From: Hyphochytrium catenoides
Taxonomy: Eukaryota; Protista; Hyphochytriomycota
DNA length: 64,000 nt
Direction of reading: 5' to 3'
Assembly: GCA_900088475.1 (NCBI GenBank)
Contig: FLMG01000893.1
Span: 1-64,000, forward strand
Position 1 is the stretch's first letter, and the number at the start of each line of letters is the position of its first letter. Under the pieces are notes generated by a model. That model saw nothing but the letters and a program-made list of their open reading frames with translations. It searched no databases and was not told where the DNA came from. Position numbers and translations under genes: made by a program. Of this stretch, positions 36,228 through 48,711 are shown piece after piece.

Positions 36228-39002
36228 ATGGAGGAGACTTGCTCTGTAGGGGAAACAGCTGCCTGTGCTCCAGCCCTTTCTTCTTCCTGTGGACACTGTG
36301 CAGGTCATCAACAATGCGAAGCACTCTCCAGTGATTCCTCTGGGTCCGAAAGTTGTCGCCAAATCCGTCAAAGCTCGCCTGACACTACTGACTCCTATCA
36401 ACCCCCAGTCAGCTCCCCATCTCCTACGAGTAGGACATTGCCACCGACTACTAATGCTCCTCCTAGCAGGAAAAGATCACTGCGCGACATGGGTTGGAAG
36501 TATCCCTACGAATATGATGTAGGTTTCTTCTGGTTCGGCAAGGGAAACAGGTGTAAGAAGCACCCTGTTCCCCCGACTGCCCTCTCCCCTACCAAGATAT
36601 CCGCGTCTCCTCCCTCACCTTCTTGTACTGCCTCGGAAAGAGATGTATGCGAGTACTTTGACCCTTCAAAGCCTAGCATTATCTACGTGCATGGATGGGA
36701 GCCGGGAAAGACGAAGATCGGCTGGAGAGAAAGCTTCAATTGGATGGAAAATCTTCCAGGTTATTCTACCTCTATAGATCATAACTTTGGAGACGATTGG
36801 ATAGACGCAGGATACAATCTAGGGATATTCTACTGGAGCGAATTTGCGGATGAGCCGCTTGTGCACTTTGCCGAGAGCAAAATATGGACTGTGAATGGCC
36901 TCACCGGCATGAGGTAAGACGAGAGGGAAACCATATGTAATCTAGGCTAAGAGAAAGTATACGAGAAAGAGTACATGGGGCCAAGGCGACAACGGTATAA
37001 GGCATACTGGATCTGAACCATCACTCTGAAGATGGGTCTTCGTAGGTACCGCACACTGAACAGGGAGACCGGAAAGGTATCATTTGTGTACGTCGACACG
37101 TCCAAAGATGGGAAATTTCCAGGTAGGCTGAAAGGGATAAACAGCTTTCTTCTAAGCCTCTTGATTTGTGGCTGTCTGTCCAGCTGCTATCTCACTCTTG
37201 AACGCCTTTTTTGCGGTCTCTAGCCCTGAACGCGCTTCCGCATTGCCTCAATGTTCAATGGGTTTGTTGAAATCCTGACAGTGCTAACTTTTTCTCTTTA
37301 TTCGATCCTGGTAGACGGCATGCCTGTATGCACCGTGGCTGAGATTTTCGTAAAGTTGTATGTGCATATCTTTCAAAAAAACTGCTACACGGGGCAGTCC
37401 GTCAGGGTAGTCGGTCACTCTACAGGTCCGTTAAGCACCATAATGGTAGTTGAACAAGTGGGAGAATTTTGATTGAGAGACCTTGCGGCAATCACATATG
37501 GGTCTGGGCAATACTTGCCTGCAATACTCGTCAGCAACTTTGAGGTCCACCCCGATCATCCTACTTGTCGCCTCTGACCTCATACGCTTGCATTAACACT
37601 ACGCTAATATGCCTTTTTCATCCCCTACATTTGCTCTAAATCCCGCTGCGAAACTCCAGGTTCCCAATTGGCCATTCACGCAACAAAGCTTCTCTACGAC
37701 CATTACGACCAGTTTCCTCTATTCCTTCCGCCTACCAGAGTGGCACTCATTGACGTGTACTTCTCCAAGTTTCGCAAGAGCTATCTTAACGGAGTATCTA
37801 CAGGAAGACAGTGTTTCGAGGAAGCACGGTACCTTGTGACAAAGAAGTACGAACCAAGGTTTCTTCGTGGTCGCTCTTTTCGTGGCAGACTATGATCCTT
37901 TACCCCCTTCAGTTTGGTTGTCAAGCTCCGTACCTCCCTTGCCTACACAAACAGCTTTTAGCGAGGGTGAAGAAAGCTACACTTAACTCCGCTGATCACT
38001 CAACCCCGCTGATCACACCATCTTTACTTTGTAATCTCCCCCACATTGTTAACTCGCAGGGAGGTCCTGTTGGAGCAGTACAAGAGCTCAATCATTAGCG
38101 ACTTATGGATCATTGGCGACCCCAACGAGAGATTGAGGACTCTGTGCGGCGTGTATGTCATTCTCAAGCTTGAGAACATCCACCATCTTAGCTTGGAAGC
38201 AAGGCAAGTCTCTTCCTTCCCTATTAGCGGTCGGCTGACTTACCTTGGAAATATTCGTTCTCCCGCCTAGGGAAGTGTATGTGGTGGTTGTTCCCACTTT
38301 CAATTCTAATGTTGTTCGTCACCCCTGGTGTAGGCACATGAGTGGCCCCAATCAATACTTCCACTTCCTCTCAGAGCTGCAGGGTTCCAAGGTTGAGCTA
38401 GTGGAGAGTCCAGAGGATAGCACGAACATCGCAGATGAGATTCGACTTTTTGTTCGAAGACTGTCGGATACGAGACTGAAGAGGCCTGTAGAAGGTTAGA
38501 CTTCTTAGCCCTTTTTGCTACTACGCTTTTAGAACTCGATTACTTAATGCTACTTCTGAAGGCTCTGTGTTGGACTCCTGTATAGTTTACTTGCTTATAG
38601 TCTAACGCTTCGACCTATTCTAATCCTTTTTTAACGAAGCTAAGTAGATCATGCTTCCCCCGGCTGGTCGAGTGCATGCAGAGGTCCTTTTTGCTGCGGG
38701 AAGGTATCCTAAGCTCTAATCCCTGCCTTTCCCGTATTCCAACAGTAACGTCACGGACATCTATGCCTCCAGAAGATCATGAGTTGAGGTTCTTTATGTC
38801 CAGACCCGTTGTGCTTTATGAGCTGGGTCCTTCCCGATTCAAACTCACATGGGCTAGCACCAGACCCGCGGACGAAGGGAAAGCAGATTCTACCTCATTC
38901 CGGCGGGGCATGGCAGATACTGTTGCTGCTCTTATAAGTGCCCGGCTGACACCTGCTGTTGCCCCTCCTAATCTGTCGGAGTCTCATTTGCCCCATTCCT
39001 GA
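36228..39002 (+). CDS. Putative alpha/beta-hydrolase-fold protein (about 7 exons)
   Basis: IIYVHGW, GYNLGIFYWSEFADE, nucleophile elbow VVGHSTG|SQLA after splicing, RVALID; Ser/Pro-rich N-terminus. Confidence 0.65.
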
Positions 39003-39597
39003 ATCTTCATTACCTAGTACCGCAGCCCTGAGCTTAGACAGTTTGACAGTTAATGAAGGACTGAACAGCAAAGCTAGAGAGAGTGACCGACAGGAGGTCT
39101 CTGGGGAAACCTGAGAAACCTTGGCATATGTAACAGAGTAGACAAGAGGCCTATTGCACTCCGGCTATCTGTGGTATGCATCAGGTTATGGGGTACGATT
39201 TGTTCTACGCATGCTGGACCACGACTTCATATAGAGGGCAATACGACATAGAAGGATTATCTGTATGTACAATGTACCCATGACTCATTTTACTAATCAG
39301 CGTCGACGCGAGATTGCAGACTGGCTTCTTCAACTAACCGTAGATGGGAGCCCACTGTTTCTCTCCCTTCCTATCTCTCAGTATAGCCTCTTTCTCACCT
39401 TTTGCTGATGCTCTTTCATTCTCTTTAATGGATGGAAAAGCGACTACTGCCAGGGGTTAGCTTGGCTGCTTCTCTAACGTGATTGGCTCAGAAATATCCG
39501 GCACCCTAGTTCTTCTTGCTCCACTCGCGTAGCAGTTGCTCTCGCCAAGGATCCTCGACATAAGCATAAGGCATGCCGTCCCACCACTGGTTGGTGC

Positions 39598-40965
39598 TTA
39601 AGAGTAGGTCCCTAGACGGTGCGAAGCTGTTGCTTTCAGCTTCGAGGAAGGAAGCGGTTTGATTGCGTTGAGTAGACTTTTCTTCCATGGAGATGGAACA
39701 GAAATGAATCGATCCGAGAGGGCAACATCCACCCGTGCACCTTGTTCCTACGCGTCAATCATCGTAGAAAGGACAATAGAACCATTTGACAGGGGAGAAG
39801 ATAGTTTAGAAACATTGATTGGAATAGGATGCGAGGGCCAATCTGTGCAGGTAAATGTCGCTACAATGTCGTCACCAAGGGATATGAAAAAGAGCACGAA
39901 GACAGGGGTAGAGTAGCACCTTAAGGCAACCGACTACCTGTTCTCCTAAGAACGGTGACTTAGCGTTAAGCAAGAAAGGGAAACTAAGAGAGAAAAGGAA
40001 GTAGACAAACCACTGAAATGAGCAAACGGTAGAGATAGGGTCACCACAGACCACCTACCAATGCTCTCGAGAGCCATCTGCTGCAGGGTGACAAGCTTGT
40101 TCGGAGGGTTACGGTGGATATCTCCCTCTCGGTACTTGCAGTAACCTCTCTTGCAGAATCCAGCTCTGGAGAAGAAGAGATTGGGCAGAAGAAAGCAATA
40201 TGAAGAGACAGCTCCGTCAACACGTCGACGCAGTGATGTGAGGCCATTACGAAGTTTACCTCGAGCAAAAGTTCACGATGTCAATTCGCTTTTGCAATGA
40301 GCAACCTCTCTCAGTCAGACAGCGGTACATCTTCCTGTCGAAGATAATAGAAAGGAGGTGAAAAGTTGAGAAGGTGCGCAGGATGAATTGCAACAAACAT
40401 GGTTGTCACCCGCAAAGATCTTAGTCACTTCCAGGAGGAATTTAAGTGGACATTCCCTTTGTCTTTAGTACGATTTCACAAATATCCCTCTTAGAAAAGG
40501 TCTTACCCCGCACAAGGACACATTTTCCTATCGGCTAACTTAAAGCGTTCTGGACAGTTGAACTTGCACCACTCAATAGCCTCATCGGTACAGGCTGAAG
40601 CATTGATGAGAGAGGTAAGAGACGGGAATAACGGTAATAGAAGGGAAGCGGAACCAGTGGGATCGCTGCGGAGTTCGGATGCATGGTATCGTAGTGGTAA
40701 GATAGTGAAAGAGACGTTTGGGCTTACTTCCCACCGGGGGATACTTGGGGTAGCTTGTCTGAAGAGCAGCGGCGTACAGTTGATGGTAAGGCAGAGGAAG
40801 GAGGTGTCAGATTTGTACGGGCATAAAACACTTTCTTCACATCAACCATCTTATCCAGATCAGAGAGGAAGAGAGCTACTATCCTTCTACCTGCGCGAGG
40901 ACCAATTGACTTGCGGTGCATAGAATCAAGATGAGAAGATTGAATCTTGAACCAGAAGTTGACAT
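39598..40965 (-). CDS. Small secreted cysteine-rich protein (177 aa with microexon; alternative 205 aa form ending at 39506)
   Basis: Exons 40965-40891, 40758-40728, 40594-40507, 40334-40260, 40165-40059, 39945-39938, 39747-39598; all GT-AG and phase-compatible; signal peptide MSTSGSRFNLLILILCTASQLVLA followed by 10 Cys. Confidence 0.75.
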
Positions 40966-41156
40966 CTTAGGGCTTCCATAATAGCAGTAGGCAAAGGCCG
41001 GGCAGCTGTCTGGACGACTTTCGTCTTTCCCGCTTCTGCTTATTGTGTCCTGTACACCAAGGAGCATCGTTCGCTCTGTTTTCACTTTCTGTTAGCTTGG
41101 AGAAAATAGGCACAACTATGCCACACATTCTTCGAACCTGAAGATGCTGCCTGACT

Positions 41157-41314
41157 GGTTGGTAGGAAAGAAGGAAGAACTCTGTCGGGGTGAACTCGCC
41201 TGTTAAGAGGGCCAATGGAATCTGTCCATTGCCATTGACGGTTGGTAGGAAAGAAGGAAGAACTCTGTCGGGGTGAACTCGCCTGTTAAGAGGGCCAATG
41301 GAATCTGTCCATTG
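41157..41314. repeat. Exact 75-bp direct repeat, period 83 bp
   Basis: 41157-41231 is identical to 41240-41314; spacer CCATTGAC. Confidence 0.95.
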
Positions 41315-42346
41315 ACGAAAGGAGTGCGGCTAATAAGGCTGTTAATGGGAATCACTTGCAGACGTCATTCATCTTGTCTATGGCCCATTGGATGTAGAAA
41401 GTTCTTTTGATTGGTGGCCGGAGGTGGTGGCTCTAAGCCGTCTCCGCTAAAAGAAGACCTCTTCAAGCGGCAATAACACGCGCTCAAGTAGAGGACCACC
41501 GAGGAACCACCTAAGCTTAGGGACAGGACGACAAACGATTCCAAGAAGACTTATTGTCAACTACTCCATCCTCGACATCACTTCTCCGCCCAAGGCGCCG
41601 TGGTGGCAACATCATCGATCCTTGATTCATCTCCTCACCCCTCCTCAATCAGTCATTATCATCTCAGCAACAAGAAGTGCAATAGTCGGAAGCAGATTCA
41701 GCCTGCGTGCATACGAGTAGTAGGAGGAGAGGCGGCGGACCTAGAAAGTGCACTATCCCACTGACAGACAGCAGCCGCAGCAGAGAAGAGAGGAGGGAGA
41801 ATCTTCCTAAAGTTCTATGTAACGGCCAACACCTGGATCCCCCTTCCACTATCAACACCTTCAACCTTATCCAGAGAGCCCCCGGGAGCTCAAGCTGGGA
41901 AGGTTGACCTCTTATAATACGCCAAACTACTATAATCCAGCAGGATAGTTCTATACTTGGAGAGAGAAGTAGTAATCCAATGTTGAGCTTGTCAGAACTC
42001 TTTAGCGGCCATGCCTCAATCCTATTCCCCCTATGCCTTGACCAGCCACAGCGGGAAGACTCTTTAGTTTGAATCCTACGCCACCTTCTTGCTAGCTACT
42101 TGCAGCAGAATGAAGGACGTGGACCTGCACTGATGATTGCTCTCATCAACTCGCTTACCTTCTCAAGCTTTCTTAGTTGCTGATCTTCATGCAGTCGTGT
42201 TCACCGCCCTCTACGCCGCCGCATGCAGGAGAAGTATCGTGAAGTAGAGCATTGTCAACGAGCTCCTGTCTTCTTAGCTTTTGGCAAGATAGCTTGGCAA
42301 ATCGGCTGACAGTCTGGTACATCATCTTCTCTCCTGGTGGGTAACA

Positions 42347-43912
42347 ATGGCTGATAGCAACGGATCCTCGCTGCTGAAGCTCCTTCCAACGGTAGGAACG
42401 GCCCTTGCCGCAGGAGCATTAGGGTTTATTGCATCAAACCGCTCCCTCAAAACTTCAACAACGAGAAGCAAGGTCAAGGAACTCCCCATCTTCTATCGCT
42501 ATGCTATTGACTACTCCATGCACCAAGAGCACAGGGAGAAACTCCTTGCCCGCTTCGCAAAGCTCAAAAATGTGCCCAGTCACAGCGCGATTATTCTTCA
42601 GGGTGGATCTGAACCTACTCGGTATGACACGGACGCGGGCATGATCCAGTTCCGGCAGGAGAGCTTCTTCTACTATCTGTTCGGCATCAATGAACCAGGG
42701 TGCTTTGGTGTCATAGATCTCGATAGCAAGAAGTCCATCCTATTCACTCCTTTCCTTGATGACGACTATGAGCTTTGGCAGGGCCCAAGGCCAAAGAAAG
42801 AGGACATCAGAGCCAAATACGGAGTGGATGAGGTCTACTTCACCACGGAGATGGTAGAGGTGCTGCAATCAAGGAACATTCGCCGACTATACCGGTTGAA
42901 GGGTCTTAACACCGATAGCTTTGAGATCACGAAGACAACTGCGCAGTTTGAAGGGATGGATAAGTTTGAGCTTGAGGATAGCACATTGCACCCGGAGCTG
43001 GTGGAATGTAGAGTCTTCAAAACTCAGAAGGAGATCGACATCATGCGTTATATCACTAAATGCTCGTCCGAGGCACACATCCAGGTGATGAAGCGCGTCG
43101 TTCCGGGAATGTATGAGTACCAGATGGAAAGCCTTTTTTTGCACGAATGTTACTTCAGAGGGGGAGCGCGCTTCCATGCCTATGTCTGCATCTGTGGAGC
43201 AGGTCATAGCGCGTCGTTCTTGCATTATGGGACCAATGACAAGCTTATCAAGGATGGTGTTATGGTGCTGAACGATATGGGGAGCGAGTACCACGGCTAC
43301 GCCTCTGACATTACTTGCTCATTTCCTGCCAATGGAAAGTTTACTGCTGATCAAAAGTTGATCTACGAGGGCGTGCTTCTTGCCCATGACCGAGTGATAG
43401 AAGCAATGCGTCCCGGAGTATCCTGGCCAGATATGCACATGTTGTCCCACAGGGTGATGACCGAATACTTCGTGAAGCATGGACTCTTCGTCAATGGTTC
43501 AGTGGATGAGCTCATGGCCGCGCATGTCTCTTCTTTCTTTTACCAGCATGGGCTCGGCCATCTTATCGGCCTAGACGTCCACGATGTCGGTGGCTATCCA
43601 GGTGGCACTTCCCGCGCGAAGGAGCCACCAGAACTGCGACCTCTTCGGTGCGGGAGAATACTAGAAGAGGGTATGTGCATAACGGTGGAGCCCGGCTGGT
43701 ACTTTATCGACGCGTTCATAGACAGAGCCTTTGCTGACGAGAAGGTGGCTAAGTACTTGAACCGCAGCATGGTTAATAAGCTCCGAGGCTTCGGCGGTGT
43801 AAGAATTGAGTCTGACGTGGTACTTGTTAAGGGAGGGGTTGAGAATTTGACTCATGTACCAAGAACCGTGGACGAGATTGAGCGGCTAATGGAGAGTGGC
43901 AGCTGGAAATAG
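42347..43912 (+). CDS. PEPD: Xaa-Pro dipeptidase (prolidase), intronless
   Basis: FRQESFFYYLFG, LHYG, metal-ligand motifs NDMG, YASDITC, HGLGHLIGLDVHD, TVEPG, GGVRIESD. Confidence 0.95.
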   Translation: MADSNGSSLLKLLPTVGTALAAGALGFIASNRSLKTSTTRSKVKELPIFYRYAIDYSMHQEHREKLLARFAKLKNVPSHSAIILQGGSEPTRYDTDAGMIQFRQESFFYYLFGINEPGCFGVIDLDSKKSILFTPFLDDDYELWQGPRPKKEDIRAKYGVDEVYFTTEMVEVLQSRNIRRLYRLKGLNTDSFEITKTTAQFEGMDKFELEDSTLHPELVECRVFKTQKEIDIMRYITKCSSEAHIQVMKRVVPGMYEYQMESLFLHECYFRGGARFHAYVCICGAGHSASFLHYGTNDKLIKDGVMVLNDMGSEYHGYASDITCSFPANGKFTADQKLIYEGVLLAHDRVIEAMRPGVSWPDMHMLSHRVMTEYFVKHGLFVNGSVDELMAAHVSSFFYQHGLGHLIGLDVHDVGGYPGGTSRAKEPPELRPLRCGRILEEGMCITVEPGWYFIDAFIDRAFADEKVAKYLNRSMVNKLRGFGGVRIESDVVLVKGGVENLTHVPRTVDEIERLMESGSWK

Positions 43913-45408
43913 CTTAAAGTCTCAAGCGGTTAATATGGCAATAGTTTGGATTCTCAACTGAAATCCATCTTGCTTGTTGCTCCGCTACGGCGCAAGTTTT
44001 TGAGAAAAGTTTTAGGGGACGAATCTCCTGTTAATGCTGCCCAAGAGAGCCTAAGGAATAAAATTTGTCGAAGTGTGTCGGTCGCTTAGATGGTCTTTCA
44101 CGGCCTGCGATGCAACTCTCTGCTATAGATTATCTAGCCTTTGTATCAGCTTTTGTTTGCTCATCGAATGCCATAACTTTTCCTCGTTCCGGTGCTGGCG
44201 CCATCCATATCTGGCAACCCCCCGGTCTCGGAAGCTTGATAGCAGGGGTCCTTCCTAGGACATTGGGGGGTTCTCTCCATTCTCTTACGTGATGGCTTGC
44301 AGTCTGGCAATCGCTGCATCCCAGCATTGGCAGTAAACCGTAGTGTTTAGCAGATAGAGCTATCATTCCCACTCAGTCTATGGATAAGTTGTTTCACTCT
44401 CTAACTAAGGACCATGAGTACTAAGTGGAGAGAGAAGAGGTCCTTGCTGAACAGTAGTACTAGTTGCAATCAGCAAGGGTGAGGTCTCTGCTGGTTGCCA
44501 CAAGGCATTGACCTTTAGTTCTACTGATGGGAGGATGATGATGATGATGAGTGATGATCGTCTTGACCAGCCTGGCTATGAATGACAGAGCAGGTTGACA
44601 GCAAGAAGAGGTCATCACTACCCGAGTGCTGGTCAGAAGCATTTTCTAAGGGTTCCTGCTGTCTCGGCGAATACAATAACCCGAGTAATCTAAGACCTTA
44701 CAGTTTGGCTGTTACTAGTAACCCGGGTAGTTTTGGAAGTATTGGTTAGCTCTTTTAGGGATAACCATTGTCTGGTGCGATAACCCGAAAGGGCACTCGG
44801 GTTACGGTTATAGAAGAGTTCTGTTGTGGAAGAGTGCGGCCATCCTGTCTCCTGTCCTCTCACATCACGTCTTCTTGCTTCCAGCTTCTTCAAGGTGAGG
44901 ATGGCTTGGGCTTGAAGCTTGCCAATGACAATTGTTGACTGACGGTTCACGTGCTTTTGAAGTCAGGGTGTGAGTGACTGAAGGGCGTCGCGTCCTCCTG
45001 GCAAAGGGACCGGGGACAGTTGCTCTTCGCATTAAGAAGGACGAGTCTGGTTACTCTGATCAAGGGGGAAGCTGAGATCATCCCGAGGCAATCTCACCAT
45101 CGTACAGTGCTTCTAGCTTACCGCGTGTTGGGCCTCACGGTGAAAACTGGCCAATCCTTCATCTTTACCTCTTTCTATTCCGAAACTGCGTCCTCCTGAC
45201 GCCATACATCTACTCCTCATCAAGGGGAACGCAGCAGGGAAAGGGATGTGGTAACCTTCTTATCCCAATACTTCAAGGACTACCAACCAGCTTCTCAGTC
45301 ATTCCGTTGATCGCTCCTCTGCTGTTACGGGCTCTTTCGATCACCATGTTGGGCAGTAGCACCTCCACCATCACTTCTTGGCTTCTACAGACATTGAATC
45401 CCTGCTTG

Positions 45409-46672
45409 ATGGCAGCGGCCGCAGCCAGGCGGCAAAGAGAGGCAGATGAAGAGGAAGATGAGGCTTTGCTCAAGGTCAATCCAGTTTTCTATGCGTGACT
45501 CGTTGTCTCCCTCTTCCACCCCTTAAAACGTTCTCCTGCTGTTCTACACGTTGCTCATCTCAAAGGTCCACTGGCGGAGGGTAAGCTTTTGAACTTTTCA
45601 GGTGTTATCGCTGACTCATTTCCCTCCTTCTACGTTAGGAAGAACAAGATGACATTGATGAGTCAACGAGTAACTATCACGCCGCCAGGGATTCGGGAAT
45701 CGTGGAAGGGGCGACACAGCAGCTAAAGCTTACTGTTAATCAGATGCGAACTGCCTTCCGACTGTAAGTAGGCCCATATAAGGCGACTAGCTGAGGCATC
45801 GTGGGCTAGCCCTTCTGAGGTCTTCACGTATGCCCATCTGTCAAACATACCCCTGTCTGATTGGCGTGGTCTGACCTCTCTCGATCTGTGTCCTATGGCA
45901 GCACCACTGATCACCTTGAAGTCGAAGAAGACCACCGAGGTAACCGCCTTTTCGAAGTAGTGGAGACGATCAGGTCTGACGATCCTGTTTACGGTAGGCT
46001 TCAATGGAGCAGACAAGGCAGGCTTAGAGTTTCAGTCGGAAAAAGATGACTTGTCGCCCAAAAAGCAACCTAGCGCTTACTGGGTGCCCGTAAGCCCAAC
46101 TTCACTACCAGAGCCCAGGTCTTCAAGGTTCTCTTTGATCAGCAGAGAGAAAGAAAACGAGGGTCACAGCGAGTGCGGAAGCAAGCAGGTGATGGACTGG
46201 CTGAAGTCTATACGGTTAGAAGAGGTGCGGCCCCTGCTGCTCTAGTATTGCTCAAACCTTCCAATACCTTCTCACTGCCAAGAGGCTCCTATTGAGCACC
46301 TTGCTATCTTTACGCTAGTCTGACCCGGAGCCTTGCTCATACCTACCACCAATAGTCCTCCACCTCTTAGCACCTTCTCACAACCCCTCAATTTTGGGGT
46401 TCCTTTTCTTTTGACACATTTGCATTTGCTGGTCCTCTCTTCTCCTCCTCTTCTTCCTTATGTAGTACTGGTCTCTCTTTGAAGAGAGCGGGTATGATGA
46501 CATGGACGTCATCCTGGAGCTAGATGAGGGCAAGCTTAGGCAAGAAATTGGTGTACTGAAGCCAGGGCATGTTAGGCGACTGCTTCTGGAGGTCAGCAGA
46601 TTGAGAAGTCAGAGGATAGAGGAGGGCAAGCGGGAAGACGCTGCGCAAAGAGCCTTGGCTCTTACCGCGTAA
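45409..46672 (+). CDS. Small SAM (sterile alpha motif) domain protein (5 exons)
   Basis: Spliced VMDWLKSIRLEE|YWSLFEESGYDDMDVILELDEGKLRQEIGVLKPGHVRRLL; stop TAA 46670-46672. Confidence 0.8.
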
Positions 46673-47887
46673 AGGCTGGATAAAAGCTATTCTGACATGT
46701 ACTATAGTGAAGCTGACTGTGCTCGAAGCCCTGTATCAGGGCACTCTTTGTCGTCCACCTCCTAATCAGATGTCCGACTCCGCCACTCCAGTGTTGCATC
46801 CTAGTAACGCAATCGCTGCAATGCAGTGTGTTATACTAATTACTAAAGATCGTCTCCTCGCTTCCATCGTTGGTACAGTAACGGGGAGCTTGACTGCATC
46901 TATCACTTTGCGGTTCATCTTCTGGCATAGGCTACTTGCCACAAGGTGGTGTCATTTGCCGGCAAGAGGCTTGGCGTGTGAACTGCTACCAAGCCCTCCT
47001 GAATAGGGACTATGAGGCCCAGACCTTCTATTCTAGTCTGTGGAGGTGGAGTTATAACGAGGCACAGGCACAATCGGCAACTGACACTTTCTCAGCAGGC
47101 TATCAACTTGGTTGACCACTGAGCGAGTCAGCAGTGTTGTATCCTTTATCGCTTGCTAGTGCAGATGGTCACTGGGTTTGCTGTCGCTCAAGTGTGCATA
47201 CGACCGTCCTTTCACTGTGTACTTCTTGCTACCGTAAGAAGTAACGAAGGCACTAAGCTAACACAATGACAAACATGGTCAACATCTTGGCGCTTGACTG
47301 TTGAAGCTCTTGTGCTATCTGGACCAGATTAACACTTGCTAGCTGTGATAACAACAGAAGAGCTGCAGAGATAGATCGCTTGTTGCAGTGAGGATGAGTC
47401 GCGAGTCATCATCATCACACTGTCATTCATCCTCTTGGATGACTCAGTGGCCGTTAGAGGCTACAAGCTAGATTGTTCCCGCCAAAAGAGCTGGAGTTGA
47501 AAGCTGACATCTCTTGAGGATGGACTCTGCTGCAGATCTCATCCATTTCTCGCTCTTGCCAATGCACCAGACTCTGCCCACATGCTTCAGATAGAGAAAG
47601 CCAGACGCCTGAGTGCTACTCTCCACTAAGTGTTAGACAGCAGTCTCAATACGGAACCTCCGTGGCTAAGGGACTAAGGACAGGTTACTCCTCACCCCCA
47701 GCGAGTTCCTCTTCTACTCCTTCGTTTGTACATTTGCTCTCTTTCCTTTCCCTGCGAGGACTCGGCCCTCAAGTGACAGGAATTAGAGCAGTGGCACTTT
47801 AAGAGTGGCTACTCATGGGTTGTGGAGCCTCATTAGCTCGTTAGATACGAAGCAGTCTCTACTCTCGTGAACATCACCTCGCCCCTC

Positions 47888-48544
47888 ATGATCGTGGAGA
47901 TTTTAAACGAAGCTTGTCACCGTGAATGGTGCATCTTGGAGCTGCAAGGGATTCTAGAAGGCGTTCCTGAAGTACCAGACGGCATCGAGCTTGGTGATAT
48001 TGAGTTTTTGAACGTGAGTACCATGAGACGGTATCAAAGGGGAAGGCAACGGGCTGCTGACAACAAATAGACTCCCTCGGTGAACGTGAAAGGCACTTAA
48101 ATCGTAGGGGAAGGCTCCTCACAATGCCTGTGTGCAGGGAAAGCCAGCATTGCGAATTGGATGCCATCTCCTTGAAGGCGCGGTTGTCACCTTGCCCAAG
48201 CCCCTTGCAGTTATCACTAAGCTTCCCGGTAGGGCTTATCCGACGAGCTAACAATTCTCGCGCGTCGCTTTTATCCCTCTGCCATGAGCATCTTCATCAG
48301 CCCGGTTACGTTGTTCCTAAATTTGTTCTGTATGCAGCAGTCTCTTTCATCATGAGCTTCAAATTCGCTTGTTTATCAAGAAGTTGACAACCTTCACCAT
48401 TACCTAGGAAAGCCACCAGAATCGGATGGGGCTGATGGTCTAACATCGTCCAAAGAGACTGTGACGGCGTCGTACTCCATTGTCAGCATAGTAAAGAAGA
48501 AATTGCTCTTCAAAAGCAGACCCCGGCCAATAACTAGCCGTTAG
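47888..48544 (+). CDS. CTF8: Chromosome transmission fidelity protein 8 (3 exons)
   Basis: EWCILELQG, LRIGCHLLEGAVVTLPKPLAV, IVKKKLLFKSRPRPI. Confidence 0.9.
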
Positions 48545-48711
48545 TAAGAGCCACGCACTGCCAATCTGCGCATATTCGGAGAGCAAAACCTAGGAAGATA
48601 TACTGTGGTGGCAGTGACAGATGCTGGTTTGCTAAGATGGACGACCTTGCTGAGAGACACCTCTTAGTGGGCTGCGATCCAGCTGCATGCAAGAGCACCA
48701 GCTACACTACG

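Noticed and set aside
41157-41314. CRISPR array
   Set aside because: Only two 75-bp copies with an 8-bp spacer, no cas genes, eukaryotic context.
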